Notes under the pieces: generated by a model
What the model saw: the letters and a program-made list of their open reading frames with translations, nothing else
Told to the model about the DNA's origin: nothing
Databases searched by the model: none
Shown here: one piece after another, positions 53,098 to 64,000 of the stretch
How the letters are laid out: every line of letters begins with the position of its first letter
Numbering within the stretch: position 1 is the stretch's first letter
Translations under genes and position numbers: made by a program
Source: Heterostelium pallidum
Lineage: Eukaryota
Assembly (NCBI RefSeq): GCF_000004825.1
Contig: NW_008805068.1
Location: 1,861,471-1,925,470, forward strand
Length of the DNA stretch: 64,000 nt
Reading direction: 5' to 3'

Positions 53098-54384
53098 TTA
53101 ATCAATCAAAATTGTATAATTTCAAAACTTTGACCACTGTCGTTTAATAATCCAACATCATATAGAAAGGATTTGCCAAACAATAAATAATTTAATTTAT
53201 TCAGATTGATCCCAACAAGATTTGATATTACATTTAAATAAGCAATAGATTTTCAATATTTTTTTTTTTTTTAATAAATTCTCTTTTTCAAGATTAAATA
53301 TCAATTCTGATCTATAACTATAAATTTATCAACGGTTCTTTCAATACATTGGTTAATATATATATAAGTTAATATATGAATTAATAATGGATTATTTTGT
53401 TTATGAGAACTTTTAAATTAGATCAAAATCAACTAATTTAGTGAACCTGAATTCTAAACTAAAATTTACACATATATGTAATTTTTTATTCCAATTTTTA
53501 CTTTTTTTTAAAAATTTTTTTTTTTTTTTTTTTTCTTTTGACGAGTCGACCTTAAACAAAAAAAAATGGTTACTCCATTTCATTTGTTTCATAGTAACCA
53601 CACAAACAAAGATATGACTTAAGTTATCTTCGTTCAGTGATAATAATAATTATCATCTTTTAAAAATGTAAATATCGACTCCACTCATCCAACTTTATCT
53701 GTTTTTATTAAATTTATAATTATAATATTATTTTAATGATGATATTTAATTTATTATCTAAAGTAAACTGTTGATAATATACACGAGCTTTTTAACACTG
53801 ACTAAATAATACTATAATTATAATTTTTTTAAATAATCGCTATTCATTTTATTATAATACAAAAATATAAACTTTACTAACTCTTTGATTGATCTATTTA
53901 CAGTATAATACATTCTTGTAGGTTAATGACTACTTGTCTACCCACCACTTTAAAACACAAAATATGAATTGACATTCATAAATCTTAAAGGTAAGGATTT
54001 ATCATTCAAACAAAGATAGAGTTATAGATAATAGATTCTAGATGATGAAACAACCTAATTTTTTCTGACACTTCTAAAGATAGGGCATAGGCCCCCTGAC
54101 TCAGAATCATGTATCTGACAATCTATTATTTAATAACTCTATTTTTCTCTATTGTTACATTTTTTTATATAAATAACTAACTTTATATTATCTTTTTTTT
54201 AATCATCTCTCTAAAGATAGATTTATTTAAACACTTAACTTTAATATTTAAGTTTGTTTTCTATTTTGTCTTTTTGACTAACTACCGATCAACCATACCA
54301 TATCACCATTATTTATGATCCTATTTTCCCCACATGATATAAGGTTATTATTGGCAGTATTGTTCAAAAGTACAGTCACCTCAT

Positions 54385-54470
54385 TTCTGACGCGCGTCGC
54401 ACCCATCAGAACTCAAAGCCAGACCACCACCACGTTCCCCACCACCCAGTGTAGTGTGAATTTCTGGTTT
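54385..54470 (+). other. GC-rich island (~55% GC) in otherwise ~85% AT intergenic DNA. Candidate small non-coding RNA gene or strong regulatory element; strand uncertain.
   Basis: CTGACGCGCGTCGCACCCATCAGAACTCAAAGCCAGACCACCACCACGTTCCCCACCACCCAGTGTAGTGTGAATTTCTGGTTTTC. AAUUUCUGG resembles an Sm-binding site. GATATAAGG (TATA-like) sits ~45 bp upstream, and TTTTCCCCACATGA (DUSE-like, compare (A/T)CCCA(C/T)AA) ~60 bp upstream. Confidence 0.2.
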
Positions 54471-54919
54471 TCTTAAACGCAAATAAATCAACTAAAATAA
54501 AATATTTTTTGTTATAATCTTCAAAAAACATCAAAATCTTCAAATTCAAAGGTTCTATTTTCACCTAATTTGTATTAAAATGTGCGAATTGCACCAAAAA
54601 TAATTGATAAAAAACATTAAAATTCTCATTTTTTTTTGTTTTTTTCGAAAAAAGTGTCATAAAATTTGATGTGCATTATCAAAAATTAAAATTTATTTTT
54701 ATTTTTTTAATAAAAAATATTGTCATTCACACTGTACTGTTGTTCAACACCATTCACTTTAGTTTACATGTTAATGTTTTAAATTATAATATCTAATATT
54801 CATTCATTTAAATATATTATACAATTATATAAACATTTTTACATATATTTATAGATATATTATATTATATTTTTATATAATATAATATTTTCATAATACT
54901 TCTTTTTATTTTTTGAAAG

Positions 54920-57900
54920 ATGAGTTATAATGATTATAACTATATGGGGTATTATGGACAATCTACAGTTCCGCCACCACCACCACCTCCACAGCCACAA
55001 CACGAAGATTTGTATGGTCCTACCTATGTAGATCCAAGATATTCATCAACTGTACAACCACAAAATCAACAACAACAAACATCACAATATGATACAAGTA
55101 GTTATTATCAACAACAACAACAGCAACAACCACAACAAAATGTAAATGCAGCTTATAATTATCCATATGGATATGGTGGTGATACTAGTAGTAGCAATAC
55201 AAACACTCATACCACTGCTGCTGCTACCAACGCTACTAATGATCCTTATAATCAATACCAACAATATACTGCCAGTCCAACTACTACTACTGCTGCTGCT
55301 ACCAATTCTCAGTATGGCTATGATCAGAGCACTACCAGCGATGCCTATTCACATCAACGTCAAAATTCTAGTGGTTATTTAGATCAACAGCAACCAAATA
55401 ATTCTGTATATTATAATCAACAACAACAACAACAACAACCATCACAACAAACTCGTACAGACTATGATTACACCAACACTCATAATAGTAGCACTGCATC
55501 AACTGTTGGAAATTATGATCATTACAATCAACAACAAACAACATACGATGATCATTCGCCTACTAATGCTAATAATAGACACAGTCAAGGTTACCAATAT
55601 TCTCCTGTCTCGACTGGTTATGACCAGCAACAACAACAACCTGTTCCAATTAGTGTTACTGCTGGAGAATCAAGTGCAATTAACAATAGACATAGTCAAG
55701 GTTACCAATATTCCCCTGTCTCAACTGGATATACTGGTTATGATCAACAACAACAACACTCTAGTGCATCTTTGGCTGCTGATGAATCAAGTAAGATAAA
55801 CAATAGACGTAGTCAAGGTTACCAATATTCTCCTGTCTCAACTGGATATACTGGTTATGATCAACAACAACAACACTCTAGTGCATCCTTGGCTGCTGAT
55901 GAATCAAGTAAGACAAACAATAGACGTAGTCAGGGATATCAGTATCCACCGACAGCGGGCTATACAAGCTACGAACAACAGCAACAGGAATACCAGAGAC
56001 AACAAGAGTACGAAGAACAATGGAGAAAATACTATGAACAGCAGAAGCAGTATGAGGAGCAGTGGAGACAGTACTACGAGCAACAAAACCAGGAGATGGA
56101 GCGTATCAAACAGCAACAGAAGGAGGAGCAAGACAAGATGCAAGCTCAGCTACAAAAGGAGCGTGAAGAAGTGGAGCGTCTCAAGCGTGAAGCCGCCCAG
56201 AAGTACCAGGAGGGTGAGCAAGAGAAGCAGAAGATCATGATCTGGCAGCAAGAGGAGATGAAGCGTCAGATGAATGAGTTGCAACGCGAGAGAGAACTCG
56301 CGAGAAAGCACGACGAGGAAGTGAGACGCGCCATCATCGAGGAGCAGAAGCAACAGCAACAAAAGTTGAACGAACAACAAAACATATTGCGTCAGCAACA
56401 GGAAGCAATCACCCGCAAACTCCAGGAGGAAGAGCGTGCCCGCCACCAAGCGGAAGCACAGAAAGCCGAGGAGATCAAACGACAGGAAGCACAGCTGCAA
56501 AAGAAGAAAGAAGACATCGATTCACTCGTCAAGAAGTTTGACTCCGAGAAGAACCACGAGCGATCACTGGCAGAGTCGCGCAAGTTTGACTTGGCCAAGC
56601 AACAAGAGGAGCTTGCCAAGCGCAATGAAGAGATCGCCAAAGAGAGAGAAGCAATCGTCGAGCTCAAAAAGAAACAGGAGCAAGAGAGAAATGCACTCAA
56701 GATTGAGTTTGAAAAGAATCGTCAACTCGAGGAGCAGAAGCTGAGGGAGCAGCAGGACGCCATCAAGCGTGAGCAAGAGTTGCTCGATATCCAAAAGAAA
56801 GACATCAAGATCCAATCTCAACAGGCAACAATCGACTCGCTCCAGCCAATGAGAGACATGGTTGCAGCGATCAATCTGAACCAAAAGTCGCCACCTACTG
56901 GCAATGTAGTTCCTTCCAGTTTGGGTGCCAAGAAGATTCCAACCAAACAGGCACCACTTCCACCACCTGCCGCTGCTGCTACCGCTTCAGCCGGTGGAGT
57001 TGTTACTATTACTGCACACAACTCTGCACCAGCCAAGACAACACCAGCACCACCAGCACCAACAGCGACACTGGTACCTCAAACTGCAGTGGTAGTCAAT
57101 GCAACTGCGCCAAGTGTTTCCGAGGTCGTTGCTGTCACCAAGCCAGTCCCGAGATTCCCACATGTCAATCTCAATGAAGTGGCATCACTCAACGGAAAGC
57201 ACTACAAGGTGGGCGACGTTGTCAAGATTCAACGTTGCTTCAGAAAGTGGTCGACCAGAAACAAGTTTAGATCGCTTGTCTCTCTAAAGTTGCATGCCAA
57301 CGACCCAGAGACTGAGAATGCAAAGAAGAGATTCAGAGCTGTAAACGAAGTCTATAGCACTGAAGTTTCCTATTTAAATTCTTTATTAATTTTGCAAAAT
57401 GTAAGTTGGATCTTCTTCAAACACAAATTATATGATTGAATCAATCAATTAATCAACAACACAATTGTTATTATTATTGTTATAGTTTTATTTTATTCCA
57501 ATGGAAGTAGAAGCCAAAGTTACCAAGTTATTCAAGTCTGAGGAGATTGGAAAGATTTTCTCAAATCTAAAGAGTTTATTACAACTCAGCAATGACTTCC
57601 ACCATGAGCTAGAGAAAAGATTAAGTAAATTCCCAATATTAGTTGGTGATGTATTTTTGAAATTTGTATGTTGTCATATATATTATCCAGATTTATATCA
57701 TTCCATAGAGTAACTAATATTTAAAGTATATCTCTATGATAATAATTAGGCACCAATATTTAAGATCTATGTAGAGTATGTTAATAACTTTGATCAAGTA
57801 TCACCCAAGTTAAAGGTAATGATGGAAACACCTCAGGGTGCTTCATTCTTTACTGAACAGAAAAAGAAATCAAGATCAAATATGGATATGTAAGTAAAAT

Positions 57901-59245
57901 TTATAATTATCATTTTAATTTATCTTATTTAAAAACTAAAAATTTAATTAATTTGAATTTCTATTTCTCAAAATAATAATAATAACAGTCAAAGTTTATT
58001 AATTATGCCAGTTCAACGTATTCCTCGTTATGAGCTATTGCTTAGAGTAAGTTGGATGACATCATCATCAATGATTGATGTGACCATCAGATGGTCAATC
58101 AAAATGTTTTCAAATTACAGACTTTAGTGTAATATTTATTAACTTTTTTTCATTACGATAATAATAGGAAATTCTAAGTCATACCCCACAAGACCATACC
58201 GAATATAAAAATATAAAGACCGCTCACGAATCAATGAAAGGTATCAATCAATATATAAACGATAGAAAGAAGAATGTTGACAATAGATCCAAACTACTCG
58301 AAGTCCAAAAAGAAATCAAAAATGTTCCCGTAAGTACTATCTATCTATCTATATATATATATATATGTAGTGTGTTGTGTTATTTTTTGATTAATTTGGC
58401 AAAGTAATGCGAAGTGTTCGTTGATCAATGTAGTGAATCAGCATCATCAAACTTTGCACATTTGCACAAACGATAAAAAATTAATTAATTAATTTGTTTT
58501 GTGGTGTGATGCTCGGCCGCCAACAAACTATTATTAATTAATTTCGCCCAATCAAAACAAACCTGATTAATTTTTGGTTTTTGGTTATTTTTTTTTGTAA
58601 TTTTTATTTTTGTTTGTTCATTATTGGAATGAGCATTGACTAACGATTATTAATAACTTTTCAATCGATTGAAAAATATCAACTTTTTTCATGCGCTCTT
58701 CGCAGGAATTGTTGGCATCACATAGATATTTTGTTAGAGAAGTGTCTTGTGTTATCGCCTCGACCAAGAAGAATGAATCTGGAAACTTCTACTTGTTCAT
58801 CTTTAACGACAGTATTTTGGTAACAAAAAAGACCAGTATTTTCTCTTCTTACAAATATGAATACCTCTTCACCATTCCACTCCTGGGAGATACCGATGTG
58901 AAAGATATCGAATCAAAAGGTAAGTTGGCCAACTAAGTAAACTAGCAAACAAACACTCAACATAAAACACTAGATCTATCTGTGTTTTTCAATTGAAATG
59001 TTTACAATTTATTTACAATTTATTCACTTCAAATCTAACTTTTTTAATTAAAATGTAAAACAAATCCAATAGATTCAATGGTGAGAGTGGTTTATGGAAA
59101 TCTTAGTTCCGTTGATGTGGTAATCTATACATTGTGCTTCAGCTCCAAAAAAGATAAAGATGTGTTCCTCTCGGATCTAAAGTCCGAGGTTTCCACAAAG
59201 AGTGGTATGATGAGGATTCAATCATCTGCAACACTTGGTCACTAG
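54920..59245 (+). CDS. Dbl-homology/PH RhoGEF. The N-terminal Q/N/Y-rich region carries four tandem NNR(H/R)SQGYQYSPVSTGY repeats. This is followed by a long charged coiled coil, an IQ motif, and DH and PH domains. Exons 54920..57400, 57486..57665, 57750..57889, 57989..58046, 58168..58329, 58706..58919, 59073..59245.
   Basis: Coiled-coil region EEQWRKYYEQQKQYEEQWRQYYEQQNQEMERIKQQQKEEQDK.... IQ-like VVKIQRCFRKWSTRNKFRSL. The DH domain is split over exons: KKRFRAVNEVYSTEVSYLNSLLILQN | FYFIPMEVEAKVTKLFKSEEIGKIFSNLKSLLQLSNDFHHELEKRLSKFPILVGDVFLKF | APIFKIYVEYVNNFDQVSPKLKVMM... | IQSLLIMPVQRIPRYELLLR | EILSHTPQDHTEYKNIKTAHESMKGINQYINDRKKNV.... PH-domain exons follow: ELLASHRYFVREVSCVIASTKKNESGNFYLFIFNDSILVTKK... 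| DSMVRVVYGNL...LGH*. All six introns are GTAAGT/GTATGT...ag with phases checked. Confidence 0.82.
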
Positions 59246-62200
59246 TTGGTAAAGGACCGTCCAACAACACACAGCTACACAAACTGAAACCAACCACAAC
59301 CAAACAACCAACCTACCAACAAACAAAAACTTTATAAATTTAGATCTTGTTTTCATGAAAAAACAATAAAAAAAAAAACAATAAAAAATAAAAAATATTT
59401 ATCAAAAAAATATTACAAAAAAATATGTCAAGTCCATTTGCACATTGACAGATGATTATGTGAAGAGATGGTTATTTTATTTTTGTGTTTAAGAAATCAT
59501 AAACACACAATAAACCTTTCTTGTCTTGTTTAGGTTTGTTCTATTCTGTTGCAGTGTTTTGTTTGAAAAAATAAATTTATTGCGAAATGTTGATGATGAT
59601 GTTCACTTCACTCACTTTTTTTTCACAGTTTCATTTAAAATTTATCAGGTGTGTTAAGGTGTGATTTAAAGTGACCACACTACCACAACACAACACACAC
59701 CTTTTCAAATCAAAAACAAATCAAAATTGAACTAAAAACACCATAAATCAGATATTTGCCAAATTTCATGAAAAATGATGTTTTTTTTAATTAATTAAAC
59801 TTTTTTTAGTTTTTTTTTTTTTGTGGGATTTGATGATTGTCAGTGCGATCACAGTTTATGAAACGGAGTTTTAATTCTTTCTTTATTTTTTTTTTTTTTT
59901 TTACCACCCTCCCACACCCCAGTGTTTGTGTTTTTTGTACAAATTTCATATTTTGATAGGGTATGTTGCAACAATGATGTTTGTGTATTAATATCTTGGT
60001 ACAAAAAAGACAAAAAGAGGTTCATTTGGTTTAAACGAAATCTGGTGAGGTATCTCCATGAATGAACCAAAGGATCAATCTGATTTTCAGCCTATTGAAT
60101 TACTTAATAAATTGCTATTAATTCAGCTGATTGCTTTACTGCAAACACAAATTGTTTTTTTTTTTCTGACCCATAGTTTAGTTTTTTAATACAGTTTGAT
60201 TATAGTAGGTGTTTGACACCAAGCACAACAACACCTGGGTGTTTCATCTTTCAACATACCTGTTTCCACAATAATATTTTTTGTGGAGTATCCTTTTTTG
60301 CTGCGGTCAAAAAAAAAAAAAAAAAAAAAGTGTGCACAAGTATGAGGTTTAAAACCAACCAAATTTGGTTGGTGAGATATTGTTTTGTTGACAAAGGGTG
60401 GATAATAGATGAACGGATCAATGTGTCCAATATTTGCAACAAAGTGTTGTTTATTTTTTGTTTGTTGTTGTTCTGAATAAAAACCAAACTTTTCTAATCT
60501 ATTCTATAACTATATTCCAAACAAGATTTCAAATCATTTTTCATTACCAAAATTACTTATATTAAGTAATCAAAAAAAACAAAAAAAATCATATTATACA
60601 TATTCAAATAATTATTTATTTAATTATTATTTATCAGCATCATTATTTATTTATTGTTTATTCATTATTTAATGTTCCTTATTTAATAAATACAAATTCT
60701 ATTTCTTTTTCTTTTTCTTTTTTTTTTCAATCAAATTTAATTGGTTAGTTTTAATCTGTATTGCTATTGATTTAGATATTGAAATTAAACACTTCAATCA
60801 CATTGATCAGTCAATAAAAAAAACAAAAACAAAACAGTAATTCAAGTAAGTATATGTTTAATATGAAAAGAATATTTTGTTTGTCTAGATAAATAGATTT
60901 TTACTACATTTGTGTAATAGCTAAAAATGCTACCTATGAGTCTATTTGTGGATATTTGTAATACTATTATTAACTGTGCAACACTTTGTATTTGATGTCT
61001 TGCTTGCAATCAAAATCAAAAATGTGCAAAATAAAAAATAAAACAAAAAATGCAGCACTCTCCTCTCTGGACATCTCCCCACATTTTTGTTTATTTCCAC
61101 ACCCACCCCACACATTCACTCACTTATTCACACCCCATCGACCAAGATCAAACATTTAAACAATCAAATTCGATCAATACTCCCCCACACTCACTTGCTA
61201 GCCAACTCTTCTTTCTTTTATTGATATTGTTTGACACTTTCGTACTTCTCTGCTGTTCTCTCCTCTTAGATTATTATGATGATGGTCATTTGTCTATCCT
61301 TTTGTGGTAAAGAGAGGAAGAGGAAGAAACAGCACCATTCGTAACAGTTAAACACACTGTTTTGGTGTATTTCTAATTAAGTGCAAAAGTGATAAACAAT
61401 AACTCTATTCATACAAGATATGCGTGATTCCATAGAGATCAATCTTTTTTCTATCATTTTAATACTCTCTACGTTGATGGTTCAAGTAACAAGTTCACCT
61501 CGCCAACCACCTTTAATCTTTCATTTATGATCTTTTTGTTTGTTTTTTTCATTTGATCAAACATTTATACTTCTTCAGATATATTAAAAAATGTGTTTTT
61601 TGATTAGTTGTTGATCAAAATTATATATTAACTTCATTGTATAGTATACATTTAAATATATATTTATATATATTGGTCTGTTGTTGTTTTTATTTTTGTT
61701 ACTCTGTTGTTTATATATTTGTTTTTTATAATAATTACAGATATTATTCATTGCGTAAATTATATATGTTTTAATAATTATGTAGGTATTAGATATTACA
61801 TACATATTAGATTGACAAAATATAGAAGAGATAATTTTTATTTATTTGTTTTTGTTTATCTAAACCTGATAAAATTATTACCACTACCAACTAGTTGACA
61901 CCTGACTCCACTCACACTCACTCTTCATTTTGATTGATTTCCAAAATCAAACCACTCATTGTTTTATGTGTGAGCATGTGTTTATGTTTGTGTCTGTTTG
62001 TTTGTGATGAATGTGTTGAAGACTGTGACTGTGTATATATTGAACTGACTGACTAACTGTGTGTCTGTTTGTGCGTGAGTGTGTGTGTGTGTGTTTTGAT
62101 GGTAATTGTTTGTTCATATATTTAGAGATATTTTATCAACACAGTGTGTTATAATTATATATTCCCACCCACTTTTATTTATCAAATAAACAAATGTATA

Positions 62201-63636
62201 GCAGTTCACTGTATGTTCTTCCCCTTTGAAATAATGAATTCAATATTTGTTGTTCAATACATGTCGCAACATTTATATTTATCATGGCATTTGTGTTGTC
62301 CAAATCTCATTCAAAAACTGAGATCCTAACAAAAAATCACAGATAAAAGTTACCATCTATGGGAATATTAATTTTAATTAAATTCAATTTCGTGGGAAAA
62401 TAATTTTCATTCTAATAATGGGTAATGACCATCAATTTTAATTTAATATATGTTGTTGTTGTTGTTGCTGTTTTTGCTGTTGACGTCTTTGACAACACGA
62501 ATATTTGAATTTATATATTTTCAAACAACAATGTCCACATATTATACACTTGTTACCCTGATCTTCCATCTTCCTGAGTAAATTTTTTGATTCATTGGTT
62601 CGATCAAAGAAAGAAAAAAATCTATCCAATCCTCACAACAATAATTAATAAATATTAAATAAACCAGAGGATCACCAAACCAAACAAATAAAAATAAAAA
62701 AATAACAATTAAATAATCAACATTGACAATAAAACACCACTACCAACCATCAAACAAACAACCAACCAACAAAAACATTTGAATATCAATTGTAACAATT
62801 CAACCATTAATTAGTTGGAAATATAAACTAACTAAATCTAGCTAATTTATAAATCAACATCAAAAAAAATCCTTTTTCAGTTTATTATTGTTTTTTCAAA
62901 ATTACTAAAAGTAATTTATAATCAACTTGTATTGTATCGTAATTACTGTAAAGTATAACATTCTACTGGTTAGTTTTATATTTTAAAAATTATTGTTTTT
63001 ACAAACATAAAAAAAAAGTTAATTTTAAATATTTAATATTTCTTTATTGTAATATTAAAAGTTTTTAATATTTATAAATATTCTTTGTTTGTTTAAGTGG
63101 AAAGTTTCAATCAAAACTACCACAAATTACAAAAAACACATACCACACTAAAACCTTTGTTTTTTTTTTTCAATATATTGACCTTTGAAATTTCAAAGGG
63201 ATATCTTCAGTTCCAACCACATTTCTTCGTACCAAAAATATATATTTCGTGGTTGGAATTGCCCACCAGATATAAATTAAATGAACGAGTCCACATCATC
63301 GTTAAATAATAGCCACAATATATCAAATTCTTTTAAACAATACAATTTAAAATCAAAAAAAATTGATTGATTTAAATTATAGTTGTTTAAGTATGATTAT
63401 TTTTGTAACAACATCAACAACAACAATAATAGTCAGTACTTTGAAATTTGTTCTTTAACTAATAATTATTAAATATCACAATTTACTAAAATTAATTAAT
63501 ACTAATAATATTTATTAATAATTTAATTTATTTAGAATTATTTTATTTTGCAAGAAAAAAAAAACCAATCTTGTTTTGTTTTTTTTAATATTTTTTATTT
63601 TATTAAAGAATTATAATTATTAGATAGATTTTTAAA

Positions 63637-64000
63637 ATGGCAATTGTATATCAATATACTGCTCCATATTATTGGAGTTCACCACAAAACCAATTCCATC
63701 CAGCCACTGCAGTTTCATCTGCTGCCAGTAAATTAACACCAACTTTTCAAGGTGCCACTCCAGAACAAATTGCTGCTTTCCAACAGTATCAACAACAACA
63801 ATTCATACAACAACAACAGCAACAACAATTCCAACAACAACAACAGCAACAACAACAACAACAACAACAATACCAATTACACCATTCACTATCTTCCAGT
63901 TCACTTTCTTCAGACTCTGAAAGTCCAATCCTACCATTAAAGAGACAATTTTCATCCGATGACATCAATTCAAGTTATGGTGATGATAATCTCAATGACC
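63637..64000 (+). CDS. 5' part of a Q-rich protein gene of unknown function, truncated by the window end
   Basis: ATG at 63637 in a good context (aaaATGg). The reading frame is open to the window end: MAIVYQYTAPYYWSSPQNQFHPATAVSSAASKLTPTFQGATPEQIAAFQQYQQQQF...SPILPLKRQFSSDDINSSYGDDNLND. Codon usage is coding-like outside the poly-Q tract. Confidence 0.4.
   Translation, partial: MAIVYQYTAPYYWSSPQNQFHPATAVSSAASKLTPTFQGATPEQIAAFQQYQQQQFIQQQQQQQFQQQQQQQQQQQQQYQLHHSLSSSSLSSDSESPILPLKRQFSSDDINSSYGDDNLND

Noticed and set aside
55082-57287. Many 60-130-aa ORFs on both strands (e.g. 55146..55382, 55464..55799, 55857..56240, 56150..56500 -, 56564..56884 -)
   Set aside because: Off-frame or antisense readings of the Q/N-rich and E/K/Q/R coiled-coil coding region of the RhoGEF. 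The real frame is the 839-aa ORF continuing into the DH domain.
62438-62629. Small Cys-rich - strand ORF (MEDQGNKCIICGHCCLKIYKFKYSCCQRRQQQKQQQQQQHILN)
   Set aside because: Only 43 aa from its first ATG, and the poly-Q tail is simply the reverse of a (GTT)n tract. There is no recognisable family or promoter evidence. Kept only as a remote possibility.

Overview
The window reads as nuclear DNA from a social amoeba, almost certainly Dictyostelium discoideum. It is roughly 75-80% AT, with near-pure A/T intergenic tracts and short AT-rich introns bounded by GTAAGT/GTATGT ... (A/T)nAG. Coding regions carry abundant CAA/AAT-encoded poly-Q/N/T tracts. It is a gene-dense housekeeping region, not a prokaryotic-style accessory island, so CRISPR arrays, operons and defence systems are neither expected nor seen.

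I can support about 18-19 protein-coding genes, most of them spliced; exon junctions were reconstructed by hand where the family alignment allowed:
- guanylate kinase
- a Rab24-like GTPase
- isocitrate lyase
- CCR4-NOT subunit NOT3
- a secreted protein built from chlamydial Pmp-type (FxxN...GGAI) repeats with a C-terminal EGF-like module
- a CDK-like kinase with a long Q/P-rich tail
- a multi-pass membrane hybrid histidine kinase
- RtcB RNA ligase
- a C2-domain RasGAP
- major vault protein
- USB1 (U6 snRNA phosphodiesterase)
- a small two-TM protein
- nuclear cap-binding protein CBP80
- an F-box-like protein
- an importin-11-like karyopherin
- a one-RRM protein
- a MYST (Esa1/Tip60) acetyltransferase
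- an IQ-motif DH-PH RhoGEF with N-terminal tandem repeats
- the 5' end of a Q-rich gene at the window edge

There is one tRNA-Asp(GUC). About 215 bp downstream of it sits a Tc1/mariner-type DNA transposon with ~220-bp terminal inverted repeats, a TA target-site duplication and a frameshifted transposase. Diverged tandem ~400-bp units abut the tRNA's 5' end.

The main second-look items are:
- the Pmp-repeat protein, a bacterial adhesin-type repeat in a eukaryotic secreted protein
- the tRNA-associated transposon neighbourhood with its extra direct repeats
- a GC-rich ~100-bp island with an Sm-site-like motif and upstream TATA, a candidate small ncRNA gene
- CA-rich/GT-rich blocks with small palindromes, candidate G-box/CAE developmental regulatory elements
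- a coding-like segment at 39.2-39.8 kb whose strand and structure I cannot resolve

Nothing here gives strong evidence of a truly novel multi-gene system.
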